Shown piece by piece: positions 39,528 to 51,400 of a stretch of DNA of 64,000 bases; the stretch's first letter is position 1, and the number at the start of each line of letters is the position of its first letter. The stretch is from Daphnia carinata (taxonomy: Eukaryota). A program made the position numbers and the translations under genes. The stretch spans positions 4,898,001-4,962,000 of the forward strand of contig NC_081331.1 in NCBI RefSeq assembly GCF_022539665.2. Direction: 5' to 3'. The notes under the pieces are model-generated. The model searched no databases, was not told where the DNA came from, and was given only the letters and a program-made list of their open reading frames with translations.

Positions 39528-40946
39528 TATTTTTAATGTTATTATTTTGCATTCACAGAATTTTAGCGGTGGATCAAGTCAAGTTTGGGAGTGTTACAGG
39601 ATGGAAGAGTCGGCCTGTAGTTGAAAAAACACTGAGAATGCATTACCATTAAGGTATAAGGTAAAGTAATAGAGTAATGCAAATTGTCTAATGAGAACTA
39701 TCATCATGTGTTAACGAATCTGTACAACGGTGATTCTTTATAGTTCTGTCACAGCTAGATGCCTCAAATAACTCTGCTTCTCTGGCTAAAGAACAACTTG
39801 TCGTTTACGTTCAGAGTGTTGGTGAAACTGGGTACTTAAATGGCCCTAAAGATGTTTCACTTCGCTGCGATTGCGGCGATGAACATCATATATGGATGCT
39901 TTAGGTATGAAAGGAATTTGCTTCAAATAATTTTGAATTTATGATGAAGCATTTCTCCCCTTTTTGCCAACCATGTCTAATCTACAAAAAAAAAGTTTAT
40001 CCAATAGGAAAGGATTTTCATATACTGGGAACACTACTATCAACAATGCAACATTCTATGTGTGCTAGTTTATCATTCAAGAGCCTTGTGCAATCATGTT
40101 AATCTGCAATTTGTATGCCATTTCCGAAGCCTCCACCAGAAGTTGAATCTTAATTATGTTTTTCTTTTCTCGATTAGTTGAAGCTTAATGGCGTTTTTTT
40201 TTATCGATATAGGTTAATAGTAACATTGGATCTGAAAAGATTCTTGGTTGGGGCAAGACACTGAATAAATTGTAATAATTGGATGGATGCCATGACATTT
40301 CTATACTTCATTCGGATTCCCGACACGGTATTTTATATTTAAAAAATTGAAGTGCATATCTGGGCTCCCTTCTTTTCTGTGGCCCCGTTTCCCTTAAATT
40401 TTTAATAAGCCCGTAGGGGGTCATGCCCCTACTGTACGGTATATATAAAAACAACATATACCGAGGTTTGGAGGGCTCTGGCCGGAAAGGGGACGTGGGG
40501 TGTCCGCTTAGTCCGATGAAGTCTTCACGGAGGGCGACGTGGCTGCCCACAAATCCGAATTAATGGCTAATCGCTCCTGTAAAAATGTTCCATATCTTCG
40601 GCTCTTCTTCCGGCTTCTCTTAGCCAATCACCGGGTAATCTCCCCGGTGGGTCAACAAGGCAGTGTCTCCCCCTGCCTGGGTTGACGGCAACTTCTGAAA
40701 GGGCTGTTATGCCTTTTTAGAGTTGCAAAAAAAATTGTAATGTGCAGAGAATTGTCAATAAAATATTTTTTTTTTAAATTTTTTTTGCTAAATTTCATTT
40801 TTTTTTCATTATCTTTGTTCGCTGTATTCACATTTTATATTTATGAACTTTTTTTATATTCAGCCTTCTCAATTCATCTTTATTGTTTTTGCCACCTTCG
40901 ATGGTAAGCATTGTTTCCATTAGTTTATCGTTTATTTGTAAGCATT
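39528..40946 (+). repeat. Left arm of large inverted repeat
   Basis: Reverse complement of 41475-42894 with only a handful of mismatches. The ORF track shows the same peptide at 40308-40550(-) and 41871-42083(+). Confidence 0.97.
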
Positions 40947-40956
40947 CAGTTATTAT

Positions 40957-41020
40957 CCGAGGGATCGAACCGTGGATGGTCGGCGTACCGCGCCGATGCT
41001 CTACTGATGAGCCATGAGAT
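40957..41020 (-). pseudogene. Degenerate tRNA-like unit A
   Basis: Minus strand reads TGGCTCATCAGTAGAGCA-TCGGC-GCGGTAC-GCCGA-...-GGTTCGATCCC. D arm, 5-bp anticodon stem and B box are present; acceptor and T stems are broken. Confidence 0.65.
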
Positions 41021-41123
41021 ACATAATGACAATTTTTCTAGTCATCTGCGGACTTGCATTTACACTTAGGATAAAACTCAAATAATACTGCATATATTCA
41101 TTTTCTACGTTTATTCTGTTTCA

Positions 41124-41192
41124 CAGCTACTGAGGATTGAACCCAGCACAACAGGTATCGCAGCTAAAGGCTCTACCACAGAGCTATGCACC
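41124..41192 (-). pseudogene. Degenerate tRNA-like unit B (resembles the 5' half of tRNA-Cys)
   Basis: Minus strand reads TAGCTCTGTGGTAGAGC (A box/D arm) ... CTGGG-TTCAATC-CTCAG (T arm/B box). The anticodon stem is disrupted. Confidence 0.65.
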
Positions 41193-41278
41193 TTATGAAA
41201 GAAATAGAAAGATAAACATATAGTTGTGAAAGACTGAATAAATATCCTAGACGATAACATATGATATGCGATATGATA

Positions 41279-41347
41279 TATCTCGTGGCTCAATGTTAGA
41301 GCGTCGGCGTTGCACGCTGAATGTCTGGGGATCGATTCCCATACGAG
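41279..41347 (+). pseudogene. Degenerate tRNA-like unit C (TGC anticodon, tRNA-Ala-like)
   Basis: CTCG-TG-GCTC-AATGTTA-GAGC-G-TCGGC-GTTGCAC-GCTGA-ATGTC-TGGGG-ATCGATT-CCCA-TA-CGAG. Cloverleaf-like, with an ATCGA T-loop as in eukaryotic tRNA-Ala and an imperfect acceptor stem. Confidence 0.65.
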
Positions 41348-41474
41348 TAAAACATAATACAAATACAAAATGACTCAGGAAATATCCAGGTATTACACGT
41401 TGTTCCTTGAAACTAGATTGAAGAATTTAAGGTGTGTACAATTACTAAGAATTTAAAGTAATTAATACTAATTA

Positions 41475-42894
41475 AATGCCTACAAATAAACGATAAACTA
41501 ATGGAAACAATGCTTACCATCAAAGGTGGCAAAAACAATAAAGATGAATTGAGAAAGCTGAATATAAAAAAAGTTCATAAATATAAAATGTGAATACAGC
41601 GAACAAAGATAATGAAAAAAAAATGAAATTTAGCAAAAAAAATTTAAAAAAAAAATATTTTATTGACAATTCTCTGCACATTACAATTTTTTTTGCAACT
41701 CTAAAAAGGCATAACAGCCCTTTCAGAAGTTGCCGTCAACCCAGGCAGGGGGAGACACTGCCTTGTTGACCCACCGGGGAGATTACCCGGTGATTGGCTA
41801 AGAGAAGCCGGAAGAAGAGCCGAAGATATGGAACATTTTTACAGGAGCGATTAGCCATTAATTCGGATTTGTGGGCAGCCACGTCGCCCTCCGTGAAGAC
41901 TTCATCGGACTAAGCGGACACCCCACGTCCCCTTTCCGGCCAGAGCCCTCCAAACCTCGGTATATGTTGTTTTTATATATACCGTACAGTAGGGGCATGA
42001 CCCCCTACGGGCTTATTAAAAATTTAAGGGAAACGGGGCCACAGAAAAGAAGGGAGCCCAGATATGCACTTCAATTTTTTTAATATAAAATACCGTGTCG
42101 GGAATCCGAATGAAGTATAGAAATGTCATGGCATCCATCCAATTATTACAATTTATTCAGTGTCTTGCCCCAACCAAGAATCTTTTCAGATCCAATGTTA
42201 CTATTAACCTATATCGAGAAAAAAAAAACGCCATTAAGCTTCAACTAATCGAGAAAAGAAAAACATAATTAAGATTCAACTTCTGGTGGAGGCTTCGGAA
42301 ATGGCATACAAATTGCAGATTAACATGATTGCACAAGGCTCTTGAATGATAAACTAGCACACATAGAATGTTGCATTGTTGATAGTAGTGTTCCCAGTAT
42401 ATGAAAATCCTTTCCTATTGGATAAACTTTTTTTTTGTAGATTAGACATGGTTGGCAAAAAGGGGAGAAATGCTTCATCATAAATTCAAAATTATTTGAA
42501 GCAAATTCCTTTCATACCTAAAGCATCCATATATGATGTTCATCGCCGCAATCGCAGCGAAGTGAAACATCTTTAGGGCCATTTAAGTACCCAGTTTCAC
42601 CAACACTCTGAACGTAAACGACAAGTTGTTCTTTAGCCAGAGAAGCAGAGTTATTTGAGGCATCTAGCTGTGACAGAACTATAAAGAATCACCGTTGTAC
42701 AGATTCGTTAACACATGATGATAGTTCTCATTAGACAATTTGCATTACTCTATTACTTTACCTTATACCTTAATGGTAATGCATTCTCAGTGTTTTTTCA
42801 ACTACAGGCCGACTCTTCCATCCTGTAACACTCCCAAACTTGACTTGATCCACCGCTAAAATTCTGTGAATGCAAAATAATAACATTAAAAATA
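41475..42894 (-). repeat. Right arm of large inverted repeat
   Basis: Reverse complement of 39528-40946. A more diverged extension continues to ~42985 (pairing with ~39437). Confidence 0.97.
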
Positions 42895-43530
42895 CTTTTT
42901 CAATAGACAAGAAACCGAGAAGTACCTAATCCATGTTTTCTGTTGAACTCGTGCCATTTCTGTTGTTCCGTACCACACCCATTTTAGGCTCAAATACAGT
43001 CCCACAATTGTTCAGTTCCTTCATTGCATGGACTTATTACTAACGATTCCTTTAGTGCAGCAGTAACAGAATTTAAATTTAACACACCGTCAGGTGGTGG
43101 GCTGAATAACTAAACAATAAATAACTGTTTGTTAAATTGTTGACTTATTTTGAATTCTTATTTGAAAAGTTTAGGTACCTGACTGTGTTCGCCTAATGCC
43201 AACTCATCCTCACGTTCAGTTAGGGATGAGTTTGGAAAAACCTCCTTCACTGTTTGGAAAGTGTCCTGTTCTAATTCGTTTTTTTTCCAGTATCTAAGCA
43301 TGTCGACTCAAAATTTGAGCTATGAAACACAAATGAATAAAAGAACACAAATACAATCATTATGTATTACCAACCTTTGTTTTGTTGTTATCTAATACTC
43401 TGTGCTGCTGCAATAATGAGCCTTCAGGTTCATAATTTGATCTAATAAACAATAATTAATAATTTAAAACCAACGTAATAATCTTAATACTTACCTTCCT
43501 TATCTTTTATTATCTATTCCATTTTTAAAT
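42520..43530 (-). pseudogene. Decayed multi-exon gene or spliced non-coding transcript, unknown family
   Basis: A series of regularly spaced donors (GTAAGT, GTTGGT, GTACCT, GTACTT, GTATAA, GTATGA) and acceptors delimits short introns. The exon frames contain in-frame stops. Confidence 0.45.
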
Positions 43531-44040
43531 ATTGTTCTCCAGCCACGCGTTTTTCTGCAACCACGCTACTCAACTCACCACGCGACTCAAATTGCCTACA
43601 TGCTTGTAATAACGACTCTCACCGGTAGATGGCTACGGGGAGAACAAAGAAAAAAATGTGATTTTTTTTCCGCATTTTTCTTTTTTTTTTGGGGTTAAAA
43701 CGAATTGCCATATTTCTTGCTGTTTTACTGCTACCGACCGGTAGATGGCGGTAGCAGTGAAACAGAAAAAAAGGCCTATATCTTTTTTTGTGGGGTAAAA
43801 CGGATCACCATAAGATATAGCTACAACGATTGATGAATTTGATTCGAAATTAAGTGAAAATCATAAAAATGTTGTTATTTTTCATTGGGCCAACCGTTTT
43901 TTAAATACATTGAATATTTGTGCTGCATCGCGCTAGCGCTGGTACGTACTGACGCGGCGCTAACGTTCTTTTGAATATTCGCTTTATTTAAAAAACGATT
44001 GGTTTGACGCAAAAACAAACCACTCTATCAAAATCATCGT

Positions 44041-44140
44041 TTAATTTTACTTGTTCTGTGTGGTTTTCATTGCATTCGAAGAGTTTTAATTTTTTGCGGA
44101 TTTTGGCAAAAGTGAGAAGGCTATAAGCCTTCTCACTTTT
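44041..44140 (+). repeat. Direct repeat copy 2 ending in perfect 15-bp hairpin AAAAGTGAGAAGGCT-ATA-AGCCTTCTCACTTTT
   Basis: Homologous to 38737-38835. Hairpin at 44108-44140. Confidence 0.85.
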
Positions 44141-47100
44141 TCATTTTTAGCCAAAATTTAAATTTCATTTTAAATACATGATTCCGATTCATAATTGAAC
44201 GAGAATGAAAGTTATGAAGCTTATTTCTACGCTGGCCTTATAGCTTTTCGAAGAAACGGAAAAAATGGGTGATATATGCTGGCGCGCCAGCAGCGCGTTA
44301 ATTCTATTTATTACAAAAACGGCCGGTTTGACGAACAAATAAATATTGTTGTGTCGTCAGCTTCTTATTTTAGGTTAAGTTACATCAAATTTAATGTTGA
44401 AATTTACAAAACTGAATTTCAGTCATGCTGAAAATTAAACCCAACAAAATAAGCCCGACAATAACTGAATCAAAATCGAAAATCGAAAAAAAGTGCTTTA
44501 AGAGCCCCAACTTTGTTTTGGGTGTGACGTGTGTTAAAAAACTATAATGCCCATTGAAGAAATTACTTGAATTCCGTGATTAACATTCAATTCTGAATCG
44601 AAATCATGGTAATGGTTGGCCCAATAGCGTCCAGGGATAGAAAGCACGTTACCATTATACAAGCTTGTGATAAATACAATATATCTTGTAGCACTTGTAC
44701 GACTAATGATGTCCAAACAATTGTTGAAACTATTTTTCCGTGTTTGCCTTAGAATTGATAATAAGTGCGCAAAAATTGCTTAACATAAACAAAATGGCAA
44801 TGCTAGTTTAAATGGGCTAAATAGTTCTAGCTTTCGGTGCAGTAATTTGATCTATTTAAACTCAACTTTTCGTGGAGAATCACACGATTAGTTTGTTTTC
44901 TCTACAGCAACTTATGTATACAAGTCAGCTGTTTGTTGTTTTTTTTTATACCGTTTTGGGTTTTGGGGGTCCGAATTGGTCATTTAATAGCCACGTAGCA
45001 GATTTTAGACACACACAGAATCCACTAATTGGAACAAAAGTCCAAAGACCGACCTAAAAAAATTTTATGATGTTAAAAACAAAAATTGGCAATCTGTTTC
45101 TGAACCCCCCAAGCCTGTTCAGAATTTGTAATGCTGTCTACTGTGTGTCACAGTTATTATTCTAACATTGAAACACTATAATTCATGTAGATACAAGAAC
45201 AGTCAAGAATACCAAAAAACAAGTTAGATTTCGAAAAAGATGGATTGTGGTTGGATTTCGGAAACAAGTTATTTTAAAATAATGTAAATTTCCTCTGAAT
45301 ATCTAGAACATTTCCCCTTCTTAATGGTTTGTGCTGATCTCGATATTATTGCTTAACGAGAAAATTATTCTTACTCTTCATTTTAAACCATTTTTAGGGT
45401 GGGGGCAGCCATGGTTTGTTTGACGGTTATGCAAACAAATGCCTTGTTCCATCGCTGGGTTAACGCCGGGTCATTTTAAGTTAATTTTACACAATTGTCA
45501 TGTGACAGCAAAATTGACGAGGGATCATATAAATTTACGGTTCAAACTCGGTAGCCTCCTTTTTATCTGATTTTGTTGGCGAACTCTTTTAAATGTTATT
45601 TTCTGTTATTTTTTTTAAAGATTTTTTACCGAGTAGTCGAGAGAGAATTCCCGATAAACAGATAGAAAAAAAGGTATGTTTCAATTGACATAATTTCCGG
45701 TGGCATAATAGCCTTTGGCGTCGCCAGGAAGTCCTGGAATGAATTAATTTTTGGAAGAAAAATGTTTGGAAAGTCATATGACGACAGAAAACATTGCCAA
45801 TGGACATCAACAAACATTCGTCCTCGTAAAAAAAAGGTAAATGTTAATTTTCTCTTTAGTTTGAGCAAACAAAACAAATAAAAAAAAGTAAAGGAAAAAA
45901 AAGCCGCATTTTTCAAGATGATCAGAGAGATGTCCTAATTTGGAAGTGTTCACGAACCCTGATCGTTGTTTAGCTGAATCCAAATCCCAAAACAGTTGCC
46001 AAATATAATGTCATTTCGCCCTTGAATTGACCGACGTCGGAAGGGTTGGACGACGTCCAACTGATGCTCCTTTGGTTGCTTCTAGCCAATAATAACTTAA
46101 AGAGGCATCTTCAATTGCGGTTCGGTATCCTGCGTTGACCGTCTGCCTGCACTACTCTTAGCTACGCTTCCTGATACCGATCTCGTGCAACGAGTGGCCT
46201 GTAAACAAAAAACGTTCCATCATTTAAATTGCCAAATTCTTTGATGTATGCAAAAGAAAAAGAAAGAAACATACGAAACGAGCAAAACAAATGATGAATG
46301 AAAAAGGAAAAAACAAAACAAACAAACCTGTCGTCAGCCATTGCGTCACGAGACTACATTCTTGATCCAGAATCCAAAAACGATAGAAGCGGTGCGCTAA
46401 TGCCAAAAACCAAATCCTAATCGCACTCTCAAATGATTTGCACATTTCCATTTACTTAAATTGACAAGTAACCCTTGAGAAATTAGCTGGATACGTATGT
46501 TTGTATAAAAAAAGCTAGCGATACGTTTTTTATCTACGGTTTCCATTTATTTTTTGCTGAGGGCTTGGAAAAAATATGAGAGCCCTCAAGTGTTTTATTT
46601 ATTTATTTTTTGGTAATGCAGACGACCTTCTGGCAACGCACAGTCCAACATTCGATACAAACAGATTCACTCTGGCGGTTCGCGGTGTTAATGGAACGAT
46701 GCCTTTGGCAAGGATTTATCTCAGAATCAGGTCTTCCCGGTGCCAAAGAACTCATGTTTTCATCCGTGTCTTGCAGACAAATTCTCGGCTTTTAACAAGT
46801 ATTGCTTTACGATATATTTACGTGACTCTACAGCTACTGATTGATTTGGTATGTTTTCCTATTTTTTTCCTTTTTCTTGTGCTACTTTTTAATAGGGAAA
46901 GTCAGACAACTTTCGGTAAAACCAAACTTCCATAAAGTCTTCGGTTGTCTACTTACCACACTGCGCCGTTTTTGGTAAATATCATAACGGATTCAATATT
47001 CTTTTGCATTCCGGTCTCGTCAGGCGAGCTTTGGTTATTACTAAGATATTGTCCCTATCAGCGTTAGTCGAAACCAAAGTCGCCGCTGTGCGTTTCGATA

Positions 47101-48480
47101 CGGGTCATTTTTTTTTTTTCAAATCTAAACGCGGGAGTTAGAAAAAAGAAAAAAGATAAAGTAAAAAGTCTCAAGGTCATGCAGTTTGTAATTTAAAACT
47201 CACGTATAGCGCTTTCTTCACCTCTCCCCATGCCTACACGTCCGTAAGCGTGACAATGGCAGATAAGCGATTCGGCACTCGGCGACAACAACGCAATTTT
47301 GCATTCCGTTAAAACGCTAATTCACACTGGCCGTCCAAATTTTTCATCGTGCGGACAGCAGCGATAAATATTTTACGTCTATCTAAAGGCAAATTCCAAA
47401 CGTCTTAACCGGTGTTGCTAAGTAACCACAGGAAGTTTACACCGAGTGCTAGACAGACGCGTTTTGTGTACATAGAAAAAGGAAAAATCTCATCCGAAAA
47501 AAACCGGGTGCGGAAGGACCTCCTCTCTCGTGTTTGCTTCTTTTGACCCTAAGGCTGTGTTCAATGATGATAGTGTGACGTCACCTTTCAAACTTTAAGG
47601 ATACTTTCGTGTTTACTACGTATAGCAAACAAAAACATATGCTTATATTTTCGTGTGCCTTTTGTCTTCGCCGAATTTCGTTGGGCGGATTTACCGGATT
47701 CTTTTTCGAAGACTTGTTTATTCAAATGAGATGCACCAGACGTTCTTGCCGTAGGTTGTCGTGTACGCTCATTCCTTCGCTCGCGAGATTCTTTTTTGTC
47801 GTTGTTCTATCGAGACTTTTTCTTTCCCTTCGCATTGTCTGAATATATTTGGGCTTTTGTCCATTTCTCGTTTGTGCAGCCACATGCACTCACAAAACAC
47901 TATACACTGCCATGTGTGTGTGTGTGCGTGTGTGTGTGTGTGAGTGCTTGCGTGTGTTTCGTCTTCCCTTTAAAAAAAGGACCTCCTCTCTCACCGTTCG
48001 TTCACGAAAGAGCTGTCGTACGTTCCGCCGAGCAAAGCATCAACCCCTAGCCTTGCATCAGTATAGCCAGCGGACCCAGCCTCAGCAGACGGGTTGGTTT
48101 TGTCTTGAGATTCCATCTCGTTCTCGTGTCTGTCTGTGAAGCTTCTTCTTCAGCGAAATAACCGTCGCCATTGTTGGGTTAATATCATCGCAACGCACTG
48201 CCTTTTTTAGGCACGGAATTAAAATCTGTGACGTGATTACGTGTGCGACCTCATTAAATTTGACCGGACGTTTAGTAAACAGTTCAAACGAACCTAACCG
48301 ACAACGTTACGAAAACGAATGCTCCGTGTTCTACGTGCGGAAGTGTAATTGTCACCGGAAGCGTGACTCCATCCGCGTCCGTTCAATCTCTTATAAGAAA
48401 GTAAAACGTACTTGATCGAGAAATCAGTTGAATCTCGTCGCTGTCAACGTGCAGTAACGACTGCATAAACCTTGATCACG

Positions 48481-51400
48481 ATGGGTAATCGCAATTCGTC
48501 TGGTAGAACGTCTCGTGCTATAGCAGTGTTTACCAGCTGCTGCAAGTGCCGCACCTACAGTTTTGATGGCACTGATGCCGGCCGCGGCCACGATGGCGCT
48601 GCTGTTCAACCAACTACCTCGGGTGAAACGAACGAACTACAACCTGTTGCCCCGAGAAGCGAAGAGCCAGTCGCAAACCTACCGCCGACTAACAACACTC
48701 CCGAAAACCTGCCCAACTCTGAAAGCCCAGAAATGTCGAGAATAAGGCTGCCAAGACCACCTAGACGCCCTGTCGGTAAAGCTTCAATCTTTTCTCTTGT
48801 TTTCTTTTTTTGTTTTCCACCAGTTGTTAATGTTCTCGCCAAAGAAAGCCAATGGTGCCTCGACATGAAAAGCGAAGCGCTAGATGGCAAACTTTGGCTG
48901 AACTGGCACACGGTTTTCTCCTCATTATGGGCACTATTAAGCTACTACTTCATAAAAGGACATTGACATATTTCCCCGCTCTGTACGTGACTCTTGTCGT
49001 TGTACCGTTACGACGCAATTTGTCAATCACCTAACGCATCTTGTGTTCACTTTACGGAATTGAGTTTACGTGCTCGAACTGCGCTGTCCTTGACACCCGC
49101 GTCCTTAATATTGTTTTGACAGTATTGTTTTGGACGGACTCTTGTACTTTTTTAGAAGAAAAACTAGTCTTATCATAAGTAAAATATCTGTTAACTACCG
49201 GTTCGTGTTTTCTTTTCAAACAAAGAATGTATACAAGGATAGCGTTGGTCTAATGATGTCTATCAAACACGTTGTCGTGTTACAAGGTTAAATTGATTTC
49301 ATTTTCCTTTTGTGATTGCGTTTCCAAGTAACCTATCAAAATTTTGGGGGAAAAATAATTGCGAAATCTGCGAAATCTGAAGGAGAAATAAGCTGTCAGA
49401 ATATGTTTGCTGTGAGACGGTCCGAAAATAAAACCCGCCCGTAGGACAGTCTAGACAAGGACTGGTATAAATAGAGTCCAAGACATGATTTACACGTTTT
49501 CTTTCTTTTGCCTTCCTAATCCATCGACGCTTATCATCGAATTTGTTCCCCCTTTAAAGCCTAAAAATAAATAACCCTTTCTCTTCTATTTTTTGCTACA
49601 AAATACAAAACAGATGAAGCTGGAAAGGCCGGACTGAAGGTAAACTTGATCGATATCCTAATCGCCGAAAATGGAAAAGATCATCATACGTTCGACTACG
49701 AGATGATGGAGCGCCAGGTTGACGCCAACCTTGTTGTGCGCCGCGGACAACCTTTCAATCTTCTATTGAATTTAAACCGCAAGTTTGATCCGGCCACAGA
49801 CGCTGTCTCTCTTATCTTCACCGTTGCGGGTACACGGCGTTGTCGTTTAACCCTCCTTCTTTTTTTTTTATCCCAGCATACAAGACATGTTGATTTATGC
49901 TTTATTGAAATTTTCCACTTGTTGCGCGTAATGTTTAGACGCCAAAATGCCGAGCCCGAGTAACGGCACAACTATCGCTATTCCCTTGCTCAACGACAAT
50001 AGCAGCGCGCTACCTGCTGGAGGCTGGTGGGCTAGACTTGTTGCCTCTGGCGATCTCTCCATTAAAGTGCAAGTATGTCATTTATAGAAGGAAACAAAAA
50101 ATTACGACAATCGTTATGGACGCGGACGACCTTCACGTTCGAACATTTCTTTCCTTAGGTCTGCACCATGGCAACAAGCGTCGTCGGCGTATGGAAATTG
50201 GATGTCGACACCAAATTTATCCCTACTGGCGCCGCTCTTTCGTACTCGTTGCCCTCTAGAATCTACCTTCTTTTCAACCCATGGTGCAGAGGTTCGAAAC
50301 CAGTTTTTTTTTTTAAATATGCATTTAAAAAATCGTGACTCACGAATCTTGGAAACAAAATGACATGATTGTAGAGGATCTCGTGTACATGGAGGACGAA
50401 ACTTGGAAGAAAGAATATGTCATGGCTGACTCTGGCTTGATTTGGCGTGGAAGTCATAACCGGATGCGCCCTTGTGCCTGGAACTTTGCACAGTTCGAAA
50501 AGGACATTCTTGAATGCAGCATTTATTTGCTTAGCAATGTCGGCAAACTAACCATTGCGGGAAGAGCCGGTATTTTCTTAAAAATTTCTAGCTACGTGTG
50601 GCACAGCAAAACCAATATACATAGACTTTACAAAAATATCCGTTTTGTTTATCTAAAACATATGACACCTTTCTATGTTTACTTTCACAGATCCGATTCG
50701 TGTTGTTCGTGCCATTTCCGCCGCGGTAGGACGCTAAACTATTTCTTCTATTTACGACTAAAAGTAAAACAAACAACTCTTTCGGGATTTAGGTGAATTC
50801 ATCCGACGATAATGGTGTGTTGATGGGCAACTGGTCCAATGACTACTCTGGTGGCACAGAACCAACGAAATGGCAAGGCAGCATGTTAATCCTGCAGAAA
50901 TATTGGAGCACTAAAATGCCAGTTAAATTTGGTCAATGCTGGGTCTTTTCCGGTGTGACCACGACTGGTAGGATAAATCATCGCAGCCTATTTTCAATCA
51001 TGTCCAGAAATGTGCATCTCTCCTATTTTTCTTATTGATTTAAGTCTGCCGCGCTCTTGGCATCCCTGCCCGATCCATTACGAATTTCTCTTCTGCTCAC
51101 GACACTCACGGAGGATTAACTATTGACACATTTATCGGCGACGATGGCAAAGTCGTGGAAGAGCTCAATTCCGACTCTATCTGGAATTTCCACGTCTGGA
51201 ACGAGGTGTGGATGGAGCGTCCAGATTTAGAGCCAGGAAATTATGGTGGGTGGCAAGCTATTGACGCTACCCCGCAAGAAGAAAGCGATGGAGTCTATCG
51301 GTAAATATTATTCCGAAACATGTTTCCGAACGACGGAATTCATGTTTTTTTTCATGACCGAAACAGATGTGGTCCTACGTCAGTGGCCGCCGTTAAGCGT

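Larger units (their letters stand above)
38737..44461. mobile_element. Composite foldback-like repeat/transposon relic (no intact transposase seen)
   Basis: Nested inverted repeats, flanking direct repeats with hairpins, no ORF with recognisable protein motifs, and an abrupt break in the dense gene order. Confidence 0.55.

Noticed and set aside
40957..41347. Functional tRNA genes
   Set aside because: Acceptor stems are broken and anticodon loops or stems are non-canonical, so they are reported as tRNA-like relics only.
40308..42083. Identical ORFs MGSHVALREDFIG... on opposite strands (40308-40550 and 41871-42083)
   Set aside because: A by-product of the palindrome. GTG start, no recognisable domain, and different C-termini caused by a single mismatch.
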